Assembly: GCA_964576435.1 (NCBI GenBank) | Contig: CAZNUP010000001.1 | Coordinates: 98,345 to 162,344 of the forward strand | Direction of reading: 5' to 3' | Origin: an uncultured Gammaproteobacteria bacterium | GTDB lineage: Bacteria; Patescibacteriota; Microgenomatia; JAMCZE01 | Length of the DNA stretch: 64,000 nucleotides | Part shown: positions 19,177 to 29,247 of the stretch, in pieces | Numbering within the stretch: the first letter of the stretch is position 1 | How the letters are laid out: every line of letters begins with the position of its first letter | Notes under the pieces: generated by a model | The model's input: the letters and a program-made list of their open reading frames with translations, nothing else | Databases searched by the model: none | Told to the model about the DNA's origin: nothing | Position numbers and translations under genes: made by a program

Positions 19177-20403
19177 CTACAACACAAAAATAGCTACCGC
19201 CCCAATTGTCATTACAACTAATGTAATCACCGTTAATAAGTTTGTAAGTGGCCCATTTTTATATTTCCCCATAATTTTTTCATTGTTAGCAATAAGAAGT
19301 AGAAGAGCAATCATAATAGGGGAGACAAGACCATTTAAGACTGCCGAATAGAATAAATATTTCATTGGAGAAATTCCAAGAAGATTAAGTCCAAAACCAA
19401 TTAAGGTTGCCGCTGCAATTATTATGTAAAACCCGCGCGCTTGTTTAAATGTTTTGTTAAGTCCCTCGTGGAATCCAAACGCCTCAGATAAAGCATATCC
19501 TGCGGATCCCGCAAGAACTGGAATCGCTAAAATTCCAGTTCCAACAATTCCCACCGCAAAAAGAACAAAGGCCAAATCTCCAGCCAGTGGTCTGAGAGAC
19601 TGTGCTGCTTCAGCTGCCGTTTGTACATTATGTTGTCCAGCCATAAATAAAGTCCCAGCAGTTGTCGCAATAATAAAGTACATAATAAGATTAGATACTC
19701 CCATTCCAACTACCGTATCCTCCTTTTCAACTCGGAGACTATATCTACTAACACTCTTTCCTAAAAATTTTTCATTTTCTGCTTCATCAGATGTCTGCCA
19801 GAAAAATAGATACGGTGAGATTGTGGTCCCAAGTATGGCAAGAATCATTACAATATAAGCCTTATCAAAACTAAATTGTGGCAAGATAGTATTTTTTAAA
19901 ATTTCTGCATAGTCAGGCTGAGTTAAGAAAAACGCTACCACATAAGCAAATAGCGCTAAAGTCATCCATTTAAACACTTGGACAATTCTGTCGTACTTAA
20001 GTTTAATAATTAAGAAGATCATTCCAATTGCCACTGCAAGTCCCACTAAAAACTCAGGCAGGGGAACAAGAAGTCGAACTGCTGCTGTCATTCCTGAAAT
20101 GTCTGCTCCAATGTTAAATGTATTAGCTGCAAATAAAATTAAGGTGATAACTAGGACCACGGGGCGGGGATAGTGCTCTTTAGTAATTTGTGCAAGCCCC
20201 TTTTTAGTAACGAGTCCTATTCTTCCACAAGTTTCTTGGACTGCAGCCATGAGGGGAAATGAGAACAGAGCAGTCCAAAGTAGGGCATAGCCAAACTGAG
20301 CACCAGCTAGGGAATAGGTAGCGATTCCAGACGGATCATCGTCAGCAGCTCCAGTAATAAGTCCTGGTCCTAATTTTCCTAAAAAAACCCGAAACCTCTT
20401 CAT
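19177..20403 (-). CDS. NRAMP-family divalent metal transporter
   Basis: 'GPGLITGAADDDPSGIATYS.AGAQFGY', 'LGTTISPYLFFWQ'. Confidence 0.93.
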   Translation of the reverse strand: MKRFRVFLGKLGPGLITGAADDDPSGIATYSLAGAQFGYALLWTALFSFPLMAAVQETCGRIGLVTKKGLAQITKEHYPRPVVLVITLILFAANTFNIGADISGMTAAVRLLVPLPEFLVGLAVAIGMIFLIIKLKYDRIVQVFKWMTLALFAYVVAFFLTQPDYAEILKNTILPQFSFDKAYIVMILAILGTTISPYLFFWQTSDEAENEKFLGKSVSRYSLRVEKEDTVVGMGVSNLIMYFIIATTAGTLFMAGQHNVQTAAEAAQSLRPLAGDLAFVLFAVGIVGTGILAIPVLAGSAGYALSEAFGFHEGLNKTFKQARGFYIIIAAATLIGFGLNLLGISPMKYLFYSAVLNGLVSPIMIALLLLIANNEKIMGKYKNGPLTNLLTVITLVVMTIGAVAIFVL

Positions 20404-20448
20404 AATGTTATAGGATAATATGCTAGAGTAGAGGAGTCTGAAATAAAT

Positions 20449-20748
20449 TTACACCCCTTGGATTTCTTTTTCAATAATTTCTAAATCACTGACATTTTCA
20501 AGTTTAACCCGAAACATCTCACTAGTCATAATTTCACATACTATAGGAACCACCTGTCCCTTATATTTAAATTCTTTGTTTTTACTTGGAGTTTTTAATT
20601 TTTTAACTACCAAGGCTTCCCCGCCGTTGTCGATTGTAATTTCTAAAGCCAGGTCCCCCATTTCTAAACTAGCTTGAAGAATGTTGTCAGAAATAGTTGT
20701 CTCAAAACCTTTATTGCTTAATTCTGTCTGTAACATCAACAAAGTCAT
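20449..20748 (-). CDS. Hypothetical protein
   Basis: 99-aa ORF overlapping the end of the sulfatase-fold gene by 38 bp, same strand. Confidence 0.55.
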   Translation of the reverse strand: MTLLMLQTELSNKGFETTISDNILQASLEMGDLALEITIDNGGEALVVKKLKTPSKNKEFKYKGQVVPIVCEIMTSEMFRVKLENVSDLEIIEKEIQGV

Positions 20749-22237
20749 AAAGATGCTTAAGATCAGGGAGTATATAACTTCTGTCAGGTAATATTGGAAA
20801 ATTGGTACCTAAATATCTATTAAATATCACTCTAAATGAGTTAACTGGTGTAATTGACTCATAAAGTCCACTGGATCCACTAGCCTCAGGCAAATAGTAG
20901 GCATTAAACACTGGAAATTTTTCTTGAAGAAGTGAAAGTGGTGCTTTCCCCCACGAATCAGGAGGTGTCATTTCCTCAGCTAAAAACGGTGCCCCCTCAT
21001 CAGATTGAATGATAATTACGGGTGGTTTTTTTGAATTCTTTAAAATTTCATTAACTGTCCCCTCAAGTTTCTGGTTCACGCAATTTAAATGATCAACATA
21101 TTTTGGCACCTCTTGCCTCCTTTTCCGGGTATCTAAGTTCTGAAATTTGCAGTTTTTATCATAAAAATATGGCTCATGTGGTGCAATCACATGTGCAAAT
21201 ACAAATTTAGGTCCGGGTTCATTTGCTAACTTCCCTAGTTGCTCAAATTGGTAGTTTGCCCTATTCATTCGGTCCCGGTCAGAATCCCCAACCGTCAAAC
21301 TAGGTAAAAACTTGTCAATTAATGGGTCAACAATTGTTGACTGTAAAACTATGTAGTCAAATTGGCTCATTGGAATTGCATTTTCATTTTCCAAAATTAC
21401 ATTTTGGTAAGCATTCTTGTTTGTGTGTGTAGCCCCCCACCAAGACCCCAGGTGATAATATTTGTATCCAGCAGAAGTTAGAAACTTCACCACATTATTG
21501 TCCTCAAGAAGTGGGTCTACTTTAGTTAAATCAGATGAATTTTTGAATTTAGACAAGTAGTCTAGATACTCCATGTTAAGTGATGACCCAAGTGACAAAA
21601 ACGTCTTTGGATAATTTGAAGCACTATCAGAAGCTATAAAAAATCCTTTTTCAGTGAGGAAATTCAAAAACTGGCTATTATCAAAGTTGTAATACTTAAA
21701 AAGGCTCTTTGAAGCTGAATAGCTATCAGGCACAATGTAGTAGATATCAGGCACGTCCGCCTTACTTGTCGTTGAACTAACTACGGGAAGTTTAAGTGGG
21801 CTAGAAATCACAGGTTCATTACTTTTCTTTATTTCGTACTGAGTAATTCTAAAAACTGCAATTCCAAAAAGAAGTAGCGACGTGATTAAAAAAAACTTTC
21901 CTAAACTATCAAGATTTCGTTTAGTTCTTTTAAGAAAGATAAAAGCCAGAACTACCAAGGCTATTCCAATAGCTAAAACAAACTCCTGGTTCATTTTGGG
22001 TAGCACATCACGAAGTGCAAAAAACAAAATTACAAACAAAGAAGCGAGAGTAACTCCTTTAGTTTTATTTCGAAGAAGAAGTGAACTAATAATCGTTATT
22101 ACTAAACTCACTAAAATTGCAGAAGTAACAGGCGTAACTAAGCTACTTAAAAAAAGTTCGCTTATGTTTCCTATATAAAGGTTGAGGATAAAGCCAATAG
22201 CAAAAATTGTTGGAGCTAGTTGAGTAAGTCTCTTCAT
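20711..22237 (-). CDS. Membrane-anchored sulfatase/alkaline-phosphatase-fold protein (NoeB-like)
   Basis: About 5 N-terminal TMs, then 'PDIYYIVPDSY', 'SNYPKTFLSL', 'HVIAPHEPY', 'IIIQSDEG'. Confidence 0.8.
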   Translation of the reverse strand: MKRLTQLAPTIFAIGFILNLYIGNISELFLSSLVTPVTSAILVSLVITIISSLLLRNKTKGVTLASLFVILFFALRDVLPKMNQEFVLAIGIALVVLAFIFLKRTKRNLDSLGKFFLITSLLLFGIAVFRITQYEIKKSNEPVISSPLKLPVVSSTTSKADVPDIYYIVPDSYSASKSLFKYYNFDNSQFLNFLTEKGFFIASDSASNYPKTFLSLGSSLNMEYLDYLSKFKNSSDLTKVDPLLEDNNVVKFLTSAGYKYYHLGSWWGATHTNKNAYQNVILENENAIPMSQFDYIVLQSTIVDPLIDKFLPSLTVGDSDRDRMNRANYQFEQLGKLANEPGPKFVFAHVIAPHEPYFYDKNCKFQNLDTRKRRQEVPKYVDHLNCVNQKLEGTVNEILKNSKKPPVIIIQSDEGAPFLAEEMTPPDSWGKAPLSLLQEKFPVFNAYYLPEASGSSGLYESITPVNSFRVIFNRYLGTNFPILPDRSYILPDLKHLYDFVDVTDRIKQ

Positions 22238-23631
22238 TTAAGGGTCATAAAATAAAGCGTTCTCTTGGATTCAGGAAGCGCTATTTTCTTAGAAACCTTG
22301 AAATATTTTCCAAACTCTTCTTCAAAATCCTTTTGTGTGTAGCTTGTAAAAATGTCTTCCCTACTTCGAAGAAGTCTCTGTGTTTGCGGATCCTCTTTAG
22401 GTACAAACTCAATGATTAAATTTTTGCTAAGTTTACTGAAAAATTCAGCAAGCCTTGGCATTGGTAAATTGGCACTAATTGCCAAATGGTGAATAAGAGC
22501 CAAAGCCATCACAAGGTCAGGTTTGGTTCTATCCAAAAAAGAATCTCTTTCTTTGTTCTCAAATCCAATTCCAGGTGTTGGGTTAGCAAGGTCTACGTAT
22601 AAAGGTAAAATATTTTCTTCCCCACTTTCCTTGACAAAGTTATACCCCTGTTCAATAACTGTTGGATCCCCATCGACTGCTACCGTAAAAATACCTTTAC
22701 TTGCAGCAATCCGACTATAATTTCCGGTATTAGCTCCAAGATCCCAGGCAGTCTTTGGCGAAGCAACATCAAGAAGCTCACCCACCAATTTCTTTTTAAC
22801 TTCCAGTGTTTTTTTGGAATAGCTTTCAAAATAGTCGTCTGCCCCATAATCTGTCCAAGTCATCTTTGGGATCTTCCACTGCAACCCTTTAACAGTTCTT
22901 TCAAGGCTATCAATCAGTCCGAGCATTGCATTCTTATTAACCGCTCCACCAGTTGATGACTTTGAGGTTGGTTTGTCATCAGCATGTTTTTTTTGGCTCC
23001 CAGCATGTAAAACCACATGCATTAAAATCCCTGGATTAATTTTTGCTTTAATTGGTATTAGTTTTGCTGCAAGGTCAAGTGGAATCCCATTTATAAATGG
23101 AATAAGTAGTTCATTTAAACGTACATCAGTGTACGAAGTGACAGCTAAAGGTGCTAGAAACTGTTCGCAAAACTGCTTATAAGCTACCCACGGTTTTCCC
23201 TCCTCAAGCTTTTCGAATGACAAAGTGTCAATAAAGATTGGTTTTCCTCGAAGAAACTGCACATTAAAGCTTGTCGCATCCTTAAGACTCATTCCATGGT
23301 TAACTGCAATTTTTTGAATCTCTAAAGTTAAAACCGCGGCATCTTTAAGTTGAGAAAATGACCACTCATAAGGGTAAGAAATAAACGGAATCATTTCTGG
23401 CTCAATAACTCCGTCGCCTTTTTCTTTGTGACCAATAAGCAATCCCTTGTTGGTAAGTTCCTCGTAAAGCCCTGAACTTTTCAAAAGTTCATAATTTTCC
23501 ATATAAGGGGGATTAATCTGGCGAAATACCTTATTATTCTCAAAAAAAACAAACCCACTTGGGTCTCTGAAAGATGAAGCGTGACTATTAGAATTATTTT
23601 TTTGTTTTGGAGGTTTTTGTTGGTTTTTCAT
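22234..23631 (-). CDS. NoeA-like protein: kinase-like N-terminal domain plus class I SAM methyltransferase
   Basis: 'SFRDPSGFVF', 'ISYPYEWSF', 'LKDATSFNVQF..GKPIFIDTLSF'; C-term 'WDLGANTG.YS', 'MALALIHHL', 'IEFVP'. Confidence 0.85.
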   Translation of the reverse strand: MKNQQKPPKQKNNSNSHASSFRDPSGFVFFENNKVFRQINPPYMENYELLKSSGLYEELTNKGLLIGHKEKGDGVIEPEMIPFISYPYEWSFSQLKDAAVLTLEIQKIAVNHGMSLKDATSFNVQFLRGKPIFIDTLSFEKLEEGKPWVAYKQFCEQFLAPLAVTSYTDVRLNELLIPFINGIPLDLAAKLIPIKAKINPGILMHVVLHAGSQKKHADDKPTSKSSTGGAVNKNAMLGLIDSLERTVKGLQWKIPKMTWTDYGADDYFESYSKKTLEVKKKLVGELLDVASPKTAWDLGANTGNYSRIAASKGIFTVAVDGDPTVIEQGYNFVKESGEENILPLYVDLANPTPGIGFENKERDSFLDRTKPDLVMALALIHHLAISANLPMPRLAEFFSKLSKNLIIEFVPKEDPQTQRLLRSREDIFTSYTQKDFEEEFGKYFKVSKKIALPESKRTLYFMTLK

Positions 23632-23854
23632 CTGCCTTTTTTGGAGTTTCCTCCTTTTTATTTTTGCTAAATTTATTTTTTATTTTGTCAAAATATCCCC
23701 TAAAGAAAAACATACTTCCAAGAAGTCCAGCAATCACAAATTGAAACAAATAACTTCCAGTTCCTGGATCAATGTATGCGTGTGCTTCTTTAGGAAAAAG
23801 TACAAACCCTAAAATCACCAAATAAACAAAAACCTTTAAATTAGTTCTAAACAT
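23594..23854 (-). CDS. Small membrane protein with 'AHAYIDPGTGS' motif
   Basis: Signal-like segment ending A-H-A, then YIDPGTGS, one TM and a basic tail; leads the NoeA-like pair. Confidence 0.8.
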   Translation of the reverse strand: MFRTNLKVFVYLVILGFVLFPKEAHAYIDPGTGSYLFQFVIAGLLGSMFFFRGYFDKIKNKFSKNKKEETPKKADEKPTKTSKTKK

Positions 23855-23859
23855 AGGTA

Positions 23860-24879
23860 TTATTCGATTTTAGTCGACTCCTCCCCATTTTGCCAGTCCT
23901 CATTAAATACTTCTTGTACCTTAGAAATAATATCTCCTTGAGAATAAATAATCCCCAGTTCTCTATTCAAATCCATTGATGAACTTGTAAAATTAACAGA
24001 TCCCGAATACGCTCTCACTCCGTCAACAATAATTAATTTCGCATGAATATAAGGGTTAGATAGTGTTCTAATTTTAGCCCCCGCTTTAGTCAATTTGTCA
24101 GCATCAACTCTATTTGCAGTAATCCTGTCAAATTCAGGTAGCACGATTCTAACTGGGACCTCCTGAGCTTTTTCTGAGAGAACATCTACTATTTCATCAT
24201 CTTGGATAACTTCCATTTCAATATCAATTGAATACTTCGCCGATTTTAAAAGTGAGGTCAACTTATCTCTCGAATTAACTGGGCTAACTACTAGGTCTTT
24301 TTCAACAGGGTTTATCCCCGTTCTTTCCCAATCCGCTTCAAATATTTGAACCACTTCTGAAATATGATTTTTGTTGTAATCAATAATGTTAAATTCTCGG
24401 TTGTGATCAAATGCACTCTCAGTTAGGTTTTGGTTAAGGATAAATAACATTTCCCGGTCAATAACAATAGATTTTTGATGTGACAAAGCAAACGTGGGGT
24501 TGGTCCATTTAAAATTAATTCCTGATTTCTTAAGTCTTTCCGCAGTAGTCTTATAAATGTTCCCTCCCCCAAACGGGTGCCCCTCCATCATTACTCGTAC
24601 GTTAACCCCACGGTTATGTGCTTCCTCAATAGCAGTTAATATTTCATTATCAGATAGAAGGTAGACTTGAACTAAAATCTCACTTTTTGCTTCCTTAATT
24701 GCATCAACAATAGGCTGTTCCGAAGCTTCTGGTTCTACAAAAATGGCCAAATTTGTTTGTGCTCCGGCTACTTCACCTGGTGTGTATTCTTTCCTGACAG
24801 GTGCTCCAAAAAATGCCGCTGTTAAGGTTAAAATTCCAAAGCCAAGTAGGTATAAAGCGATTTTCCACTGTTTACTCAT
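23860..24879 (-). CDS. Phospholipase D-family protein (two HKD motifs)
   Basis: 'HQKSIVID' and 'HAKLIIVD...GSVNF', 'NRELG'; N-terminal signal/TM. Confidence 0.92.
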   Translation of the reverse strand: MSKQWKIALYLLGFGILTLTAAFFGAPVRKEYTPGEVAGAQTNLAIFVEPEASEQPIVDAIKEAKSEILVQVYLLSDNEILTAIEEAHNRGVNVRVMMEGHPFGGGNIYKTTAERLKKSGINFKWTNPTFALSHQKSIVIDREMLFILNQNLTESAFDHNREFNIIDYNKNHISEVVQIFEADWERTGINPVEKDLVVSPVNSRDKLTSLLKSAKYSIDIEMEVIQDDEIVDVLSEKAQEVPVRIVLPEFDRITANRVDADKLTKAGAKIRTLSNPYIHAKLIIVDGVRAYSGSVNFTSSSMDLNRELGIIYSQGDIISKVQEVFNEDWQNGEESTKIE

Positions 24880-24903
24880 GTCATCAATATATAATATGAA
24901 CGT
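24880..24903. promoter_or_regulatory. Compact bidirectional promoter (overlapping -10 boxes)
   Basis: + strand TATAAT (24890-24895) 8 nt before ATG 24904; - strand TATATT 6 nt before ATG 24879. Confidence 0.6.
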
Positions 24904-26832
24904 ATGTTTACCTATGACCTACTATTAGGAGGCCAGCTCTGGTTATTGCTTTTCATCTTTGGTTTGGTATCTCTTCCAATAACTAACAAACTTTTTGTTC
25001 CACTTTTTGACAAGGGTTATTTCCTGGGCAAGCTAATTGGTATCTTTGTTATTTCCTACGTTCTTTTTCTTTTGTCGTCACTAAAAGTCCTTCCTCTTGG
25101 TTTTAATTCGCTCCTTTTCCTGTCTATGATTTGGGCAGGAGTTAATTTCTTTGTTTGGAGAAAAAATAAAAAACTAGATATGCCCTGGAAAAGAGCTGTT
25201 TTGGAAGAAATAATCCTTGTCCTCCTGGTTGGATTATTCATTTTCATTAAAGGTCACCAACCTGAAATCTATCAAATCGAACGCTTCATGGATTTCGGTT
25301 TTATTAAAGCTCTAACACAGACTAAATTTTTACCCCTTGAGGACATTTGGAGAACCGGTGGGCCACTAAACTACTACTATTTTGGCCACTTTCTAGCCTA
25401 CGTTCTAATTGTTTTATCTAAAATCCCAATTATTGCAGGTTTCTTTGTGGTTCAATGTTTCATATTTGGAGTTTCTGGTGTCCTAGCTTTTATTTTTGGA
25501 GCTACTCTAGTTAGCAAATTTAACCCAAAAGTTAAATTTTCCATTCTTGCTGGTCTACTGTCCCTTTTTGCCACCATCTTTGCCGGTGACTGGCAAACTC
25601 TAAATAACGCTAAGTTTTGGTATCCAGATCCAACAAGGATTATTCCAGGAACAATTTCAGAAATTCCAATCTATTCTTTTATTGTTGCTGACCTTCATGC
25701 TCATGTCTGGGGATTTCTTTTGGGTGCTGTGATTCTTTTAACACTTCTTTCAATTTGGTATCAAAAAGAAAAATTTACCCCTGTCTTAGCCTGGCTATCA
25801 TTTTTGCTAGGTCTTTGCATAATGACAAATACTTGGGACTTTTTAACTCTTGGTTCAATTGTTGGTCTAACTCTCTTGTTCAAATTCCGCCGTCTTTTGC
25901 CAAGTGTCGTTTGCCTGGGAGTTGGTTTTTTCTTGTCTCTTCCCTGGTTAATTAATTTCACTCCACCACTTGGTGGCCTTGGTTTAGTTACAAGTTGGTC
26001 CCCGATTGTTCCTTGGCTTTTATTTTGGGGCCCGTCAATATTCCTAGTTGTTCTCTATTTGCTAAGTAAAATTAAGCACAAGTTAGATTTCCAAAAAGAA
26101 GGCCTGATTTTGATCCTCTTCTTCTTGGTAATTTTTTGGCTTGCCTTCCTTGAAATTTTCTACATAAAAGACATCTTAAGTGGAGGTGAATGGTTTAGAG
26201 CAAATACCTACTTCAAAGTTTCTTTGCAAGTTCTTCTTTGGGTGGGATTATGTACAGGCCCCGTAATTTTTATTCTTCTTTCAAAAACCAAAGGCTTTGC
26301 TAAATATTTTGTCGCCCTTGTTTTAACTATTTGGCTCCTAACTAGGGCAGTATACCCGATTAGGGCAGTCCACCAATCAAGTTTAGAAAATAAAACATAC
26401 ACTGGTCTTTCGAGTGGTTTAGATTTTTGGAAAACTCGCTATCCAGATGATTTCAAAGCCTACCAGTTTTTACAAACCCAACCTAAAGGGGTTGTTTTAG
26501 AAGCCGACGGTGATTCCTACCAAGACACATCCTTTTTCTCTACATTTTTAGGTTGGCCAACAGTCTCCGGTTGGGCAGTGCATGAATGGACCTGGCACGG
26601 AAGCTATGACGATGTTGGTAAAAGAGCAAGGGAGGTAAAAGAAGTTTATACCGGAAAAGATTTAAATCTTACAAAAGATATTCTAAAAAAGTACAACGTC
26701 AAATACATTATTATAGGTTCAGCTGAAAAGCGCAAGTATGCTCAAGCGCTTGATCTAAACAAACTAAAAAAACTTGGTAAAGTCATCTATCAGCCAAATC
26801 TCAGCTCCACTGTTGTAATATCCAGGCAATGA
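24904..26832 (+). CDS. DUF2298 / Chlor_Arch_YYY polytopic membrane protein (putative GT-C glycosyltransferase)
   Basis: 'ERFMDFGF', 'LNYYYFGH', 'EIPIYSFIVADLHAH', 'NTWDF', 'RANTYFK', 'GWAVHEWTW'. Confidence 0.88.
   Translation: MFTYDLLLGGQLWLLLFIFGLVSLPITNKLFVPLFDKGYFLGKLIGIFVISYVLFLLSSLKVLPLGFNSLLFLSMIWAGVNFFVWRKNKKLDMPWKRAVLEEIILVLLVGLFIFIKGHQPEIYQIERFMDFGFIKALTQTKFLPLEDIWRTGGPLNYYYFGHFLAYVLIVLSKIPIIAGFFVVQCFIFGVSGVLAFIFGATLVSKFNPKVKFSILAGLLSLFATIFAGDWQTLNNAKFWYPDPTRIIPGTISEIPIYSFIVADLHAHVWGFLLGAVILLTLLSIWYQKEKFTPVLAWLSFLLGLCIMTNTWDFLTLGSIVGLTLLFKFRRLLPSVVCLGVGFFLSLPWLINFTPPLGGLGLVTSWSPIVPWLLFWGPSIFLVVLYLLSKIKHKLDFQKEGLILILFFLVIFWLAFLEIFYIKDILSGGEWFRANTYFKVSLQVLLWVGLCTGPVIFILLSKTKGFAKYFVALVLTIWLLTRAVYPIRAVHQSSLENKTYTGLSSGLDFWKTRYPDDFKAYQFLQTQPKGVVLEADGDSYQDTSFFSTFLGWPTVSGWAVHEWTWHGSYDDVGKRAREVKEVYTGKDLNLTKDILKKYNVKYIIIGSAEKRKYAQALDLNKLKKLGKVIYQPNLSSTVVISRQ
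26788..26821 (+). promoter_or_regulatory. Candidate response-regulator box plus -10 of the TCS (autoregulation)
   Basis: TATCAG-N5-TCTCAG, 11 bp, TAATAT, 7 nt, ATG 26829. Confidence 0.45.
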
Positions 26833-27506
26833 GGGTTCTAGTTGTTGAAGACGAGCACAAAATTGCTAACTCCATTAAAAAGGGACTTGAACAAGAATCC
26901 TTTGCTGTTGATGTTGCCTACGATGGCGAAGAAGGCTATGACCTAGCTTCTGGTGAAACTTATGACGTCATTGTCCTTGACCTCATGCTTCCAGGCCTGC
27001 CAGGTTTAGAAATTTGTAAAAAACTAAGACAAGAAAAAAACCACACTCCAATTTTAATTCTCACCGCTAAAGGTCAACTTGACGAAAAAGTTGATGGACT
27101 AAATTCTGGCGCCGATGATTATCTAGTTAAGCCCTTTGCTTTTGCTGAGCTTTTAGCAAGAATTAAAGCTCTTTCAAGAAGGCCAAAAGATAGTGTTGGT
27201 TCAAAGCTTCAAGTTGAAGACCTCGTTTTGGATACTGTCACCTATGATGTAACTAGACAAGGGAAAAATATTTCCCTTTCAAGAAAAGAATTTGCCCTTT
27301 TAGAATATCTCATGCGCCACGCTGGAAAGACATTACCTAAAGACACAATTATAAGTAGTGTTTGGAGTTATGAAGCAGACGTTCTGCCAAATACTGTTGA
27401 AGTCTATATTGGCTATCTAAGAAACAAGATTGACAAGCCATTTAAAGGCAGTCCCGCTCTAATTCACACTATTCGAGGCTTTGGGTATAAAATAGGTCTA
27501 AATTAA
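26829..27506 (+). CDS. OmpR/PhoB-family response regulator
   Basis: 'VLVVEDE', 'LDLMLPG', 'ILTAK', 'GADDYLVKPF', 'NTVEVYIGYLRNKID', 'TIRGFGY'. Confidence 0.97.
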   Translation: MRVLVVEDEHKIANSIKKGLEQESFAVDVAYDGEEGYDLASGETYDVIVLDLMLPGLPGLEICKKLRQEKNHTPILILTAKGQLDEKVDGLNSGADDYLVKPFAFAELLARIKALSRRPKDSVGSKLQVEDLVLDTVTYDVTRQGKNISLSRKEFALLEYLMRHAGKTLPKDTIISSVWSYEADVLPNTVEVYIGYLRNKIDKPFKGSPALIHTIRGFGYKIGLN

Positions 27507-28535
27507 ATGGTCGCCCCACAACTACCAAATTTCCCAAGTGTCATGTTCACATCCGCCAGGGTAAAGCTCACTATCTGGTATCTCTTCATCATCATGGTTG
27601 TAAGTGTCCTTTTTAGTTTTGCCATTTATACCGGTATCAATACTGAGCTCCAACGCTTTGAACGCCTAACCATGGTCAGAAGAGAAGACGACTTCTTTGG
27701 TACAAGAATTCAAAGACAACCCGCCTTCGATCCAACTATGATTTCAGGAACCAGGAATAAATTAATCCTCACTCTAGTTCTAATTAATCTTGGCATTTTT
27801 ATAACCTCAGGTATCAGTGGTTACGTCTTAGCTGGTAAAACGTTAAAACCAATTGAAGACATGGTGGAAGATCAAAAAAGATTTATAGCTGACGCCTCGC
27901 ACGAATTAAGAACACCTCTAACTGCAATGAAAACAGAAATTGAAGTAGCTCTAAGAGATAAGAGCATGACCTTGGCTGATGCCAAGAAACTTCTAAAAAG
28001 TAATCTCGAAGAAGCAGATAAAATGCAATCTCTTTCAAATTATCTTTTGTCTCTCTCTCGCTATCAAAATAACACTAGCACCTTCCCTCTAGAAAAATTT
28101 AGCCTAACCGAACTCTTAAAGGAGGTTGTCGATAAACTTCAAATAACTGCAAATGCGAAAGATATTGTCCTAAAAACTGAAATGAAAGAAGTTGAAGTTA
28201 GTGGAAATAGAGACAGTCTAAGAGAGCTCTTCACTATTCTAGTTGATAATGCCATTAAGTATAGTGGCAATGGAAAAGAAGTAATTGTTAAAGCAGTTAA
28301 AAAGGATAAACATGCAGTTGTTCAAGTTCAAGACTTTGGTGTTGGTATCAAAGCCTCAGAAATTCCCCACATCTTTGACAGATTCTATAGAGCTGACAGT
28401 TCTCGTAGTAAATCAACAGTAGAAGGCTATGGCTTAGGTCTTTCAATAGCCAAATCAATTGTCGATCTCCATCATGGAAAAATCGACGTCAAATCCACCC
28501 CCGGCCAAGGTACCACCTTCACTGTGATGATATAA
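27507..28535 (+). CDS. Sensor histidine kinase with two TMs and a short external loop (CiaH-like architecture)
   Basis: H-box 'FIADASHELRTPLT', 'LVDNAIKY', 'DFGVGI', 'FDRFYRAD.SR', 'GLGLSIAK'. Start may be 27543. Confidence 0.95.
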   Translation: MVAPQLPNFPSVMFTSARVKLTIWYLFIIMVVSVLFSFAIYTGINTELQRFERLTMVRREDDFFGTRIQRQPAFDPTMISGTRNKLILTLVLINLGIFITSGISGYVLAGKTLKPIEDMVEDQKRFIADASHELRTPLTAMKTEIEVALRDKSMTLADAKKLLKSNLEEADKMQSLSNYLLSLSRYQNNTSTFPLEKFSLTELLKEVVDKLQITANAKDIVLKTEMKEVEVSGNRDSLRELFTILVDNAIKYSGNGKEVIVKAVKKDKHAVVQVQDFGVGIKASEIPHIFDRFYRADSSRSKSTVEGYGLGLSIAKSIVDLHHGKIDVKSTPGQGTTFTVMI

Positions 28536-28542
28536 TTCCACC

Positions 28543-28980
28543 ATGAAACCCATAAAATTTGCCTTAGCTGTAGTAATCAAGAATCCAAAAAACCCGGATG
28601 AGGTGCTTGCTGTCCTTAGGCCACCAGACGCAAAAAGCTTACCTAATATTTGGGGGTTGCCAGCAGTCTCTCTGAAAGAAAACGAAACTCCTGAGGTGGC
28701 AATTGTAAGGCTGGGCAAAGAAAAGCTCGCTACTACCATAGTGCCCAAAGAATTTATTGGTGTAGATACTGATGAACGAGATTCACACCAACTAGTTCTA
28801 ATGGATATTGAGGTCGAGGTGACAGGACCAGAGCCAGAAGTTCAAAAAGGCACTACGAATGATACAAAATATACAGGGCAAAAATGGACCAGTGATTATT
28901 CTGTTTTCATCCCTGGTGCACAAAAAGGTTCCGTTTGTGATCGAGTTTTCCTAAAGTCCAGAGGCATTTCCTGGCAATAA
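28543..28980 (+). CDS. NUDIX-fold protein with degenerate Nudix box
   Basis: 'EVLAVLRPPD..SLPNIWGLPAVSLKENETPEVAIVRLGKEKL'; own TGATATAAT 6 nt before ATG. Confidence 0.75.
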   Translation: MKPIKFALAVVIKNPKNPDEVLAVLRPPDAKSLPNIWGLPAVSLKENETPEVAIVRLGKEKLATTIVPKEFIGVDTDERDSHQLVLMDIEVEVTGPEPEVQKGTTNDTKYTGQKWTSDYSVFIPGAQKGSVCDRVFLKSRGISWQ

Positions 28981-29042
28981 ATCTCCTAAGCAACTTTTCA
29001 AAAGTTATTAAATTAAAACCTTGTTATAATTATTAAGGGTGA

Positions 29043-29246
29043 TTGCTAATGGAAAAATATGTCGGCTACGGAAATCTTAAGGTCTACGATCTCTTTGTTA
29101 TTTTACTTATTGCTGTATTAACAATACTGGTGGCGTTTGTAAATGGGGCGTTTCAACTAAACTTAAATGCTTGGGTAATTACAATCTTTGTTGTTGGTAT
29201 TGAACTCGCTTATATTTTCGGGGTAGTAAATAAAAGGAAAAAATAG
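29043..29246 (+). CDS. Small two-TM hypothetical protein
   Basis: Two hydrophobic stretches and a basic C-terminus; TATAAT at 29025-29030; start may be ATG 29049. Confidence 0.7.
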   Translation: MLMEKYVGYGNLKVYDLFVILLIAVLTILVAFVNGAFQLNLNAWVITIFVVGIELAYIFGVVNKRKK

Positions 29247-29247
29247 T

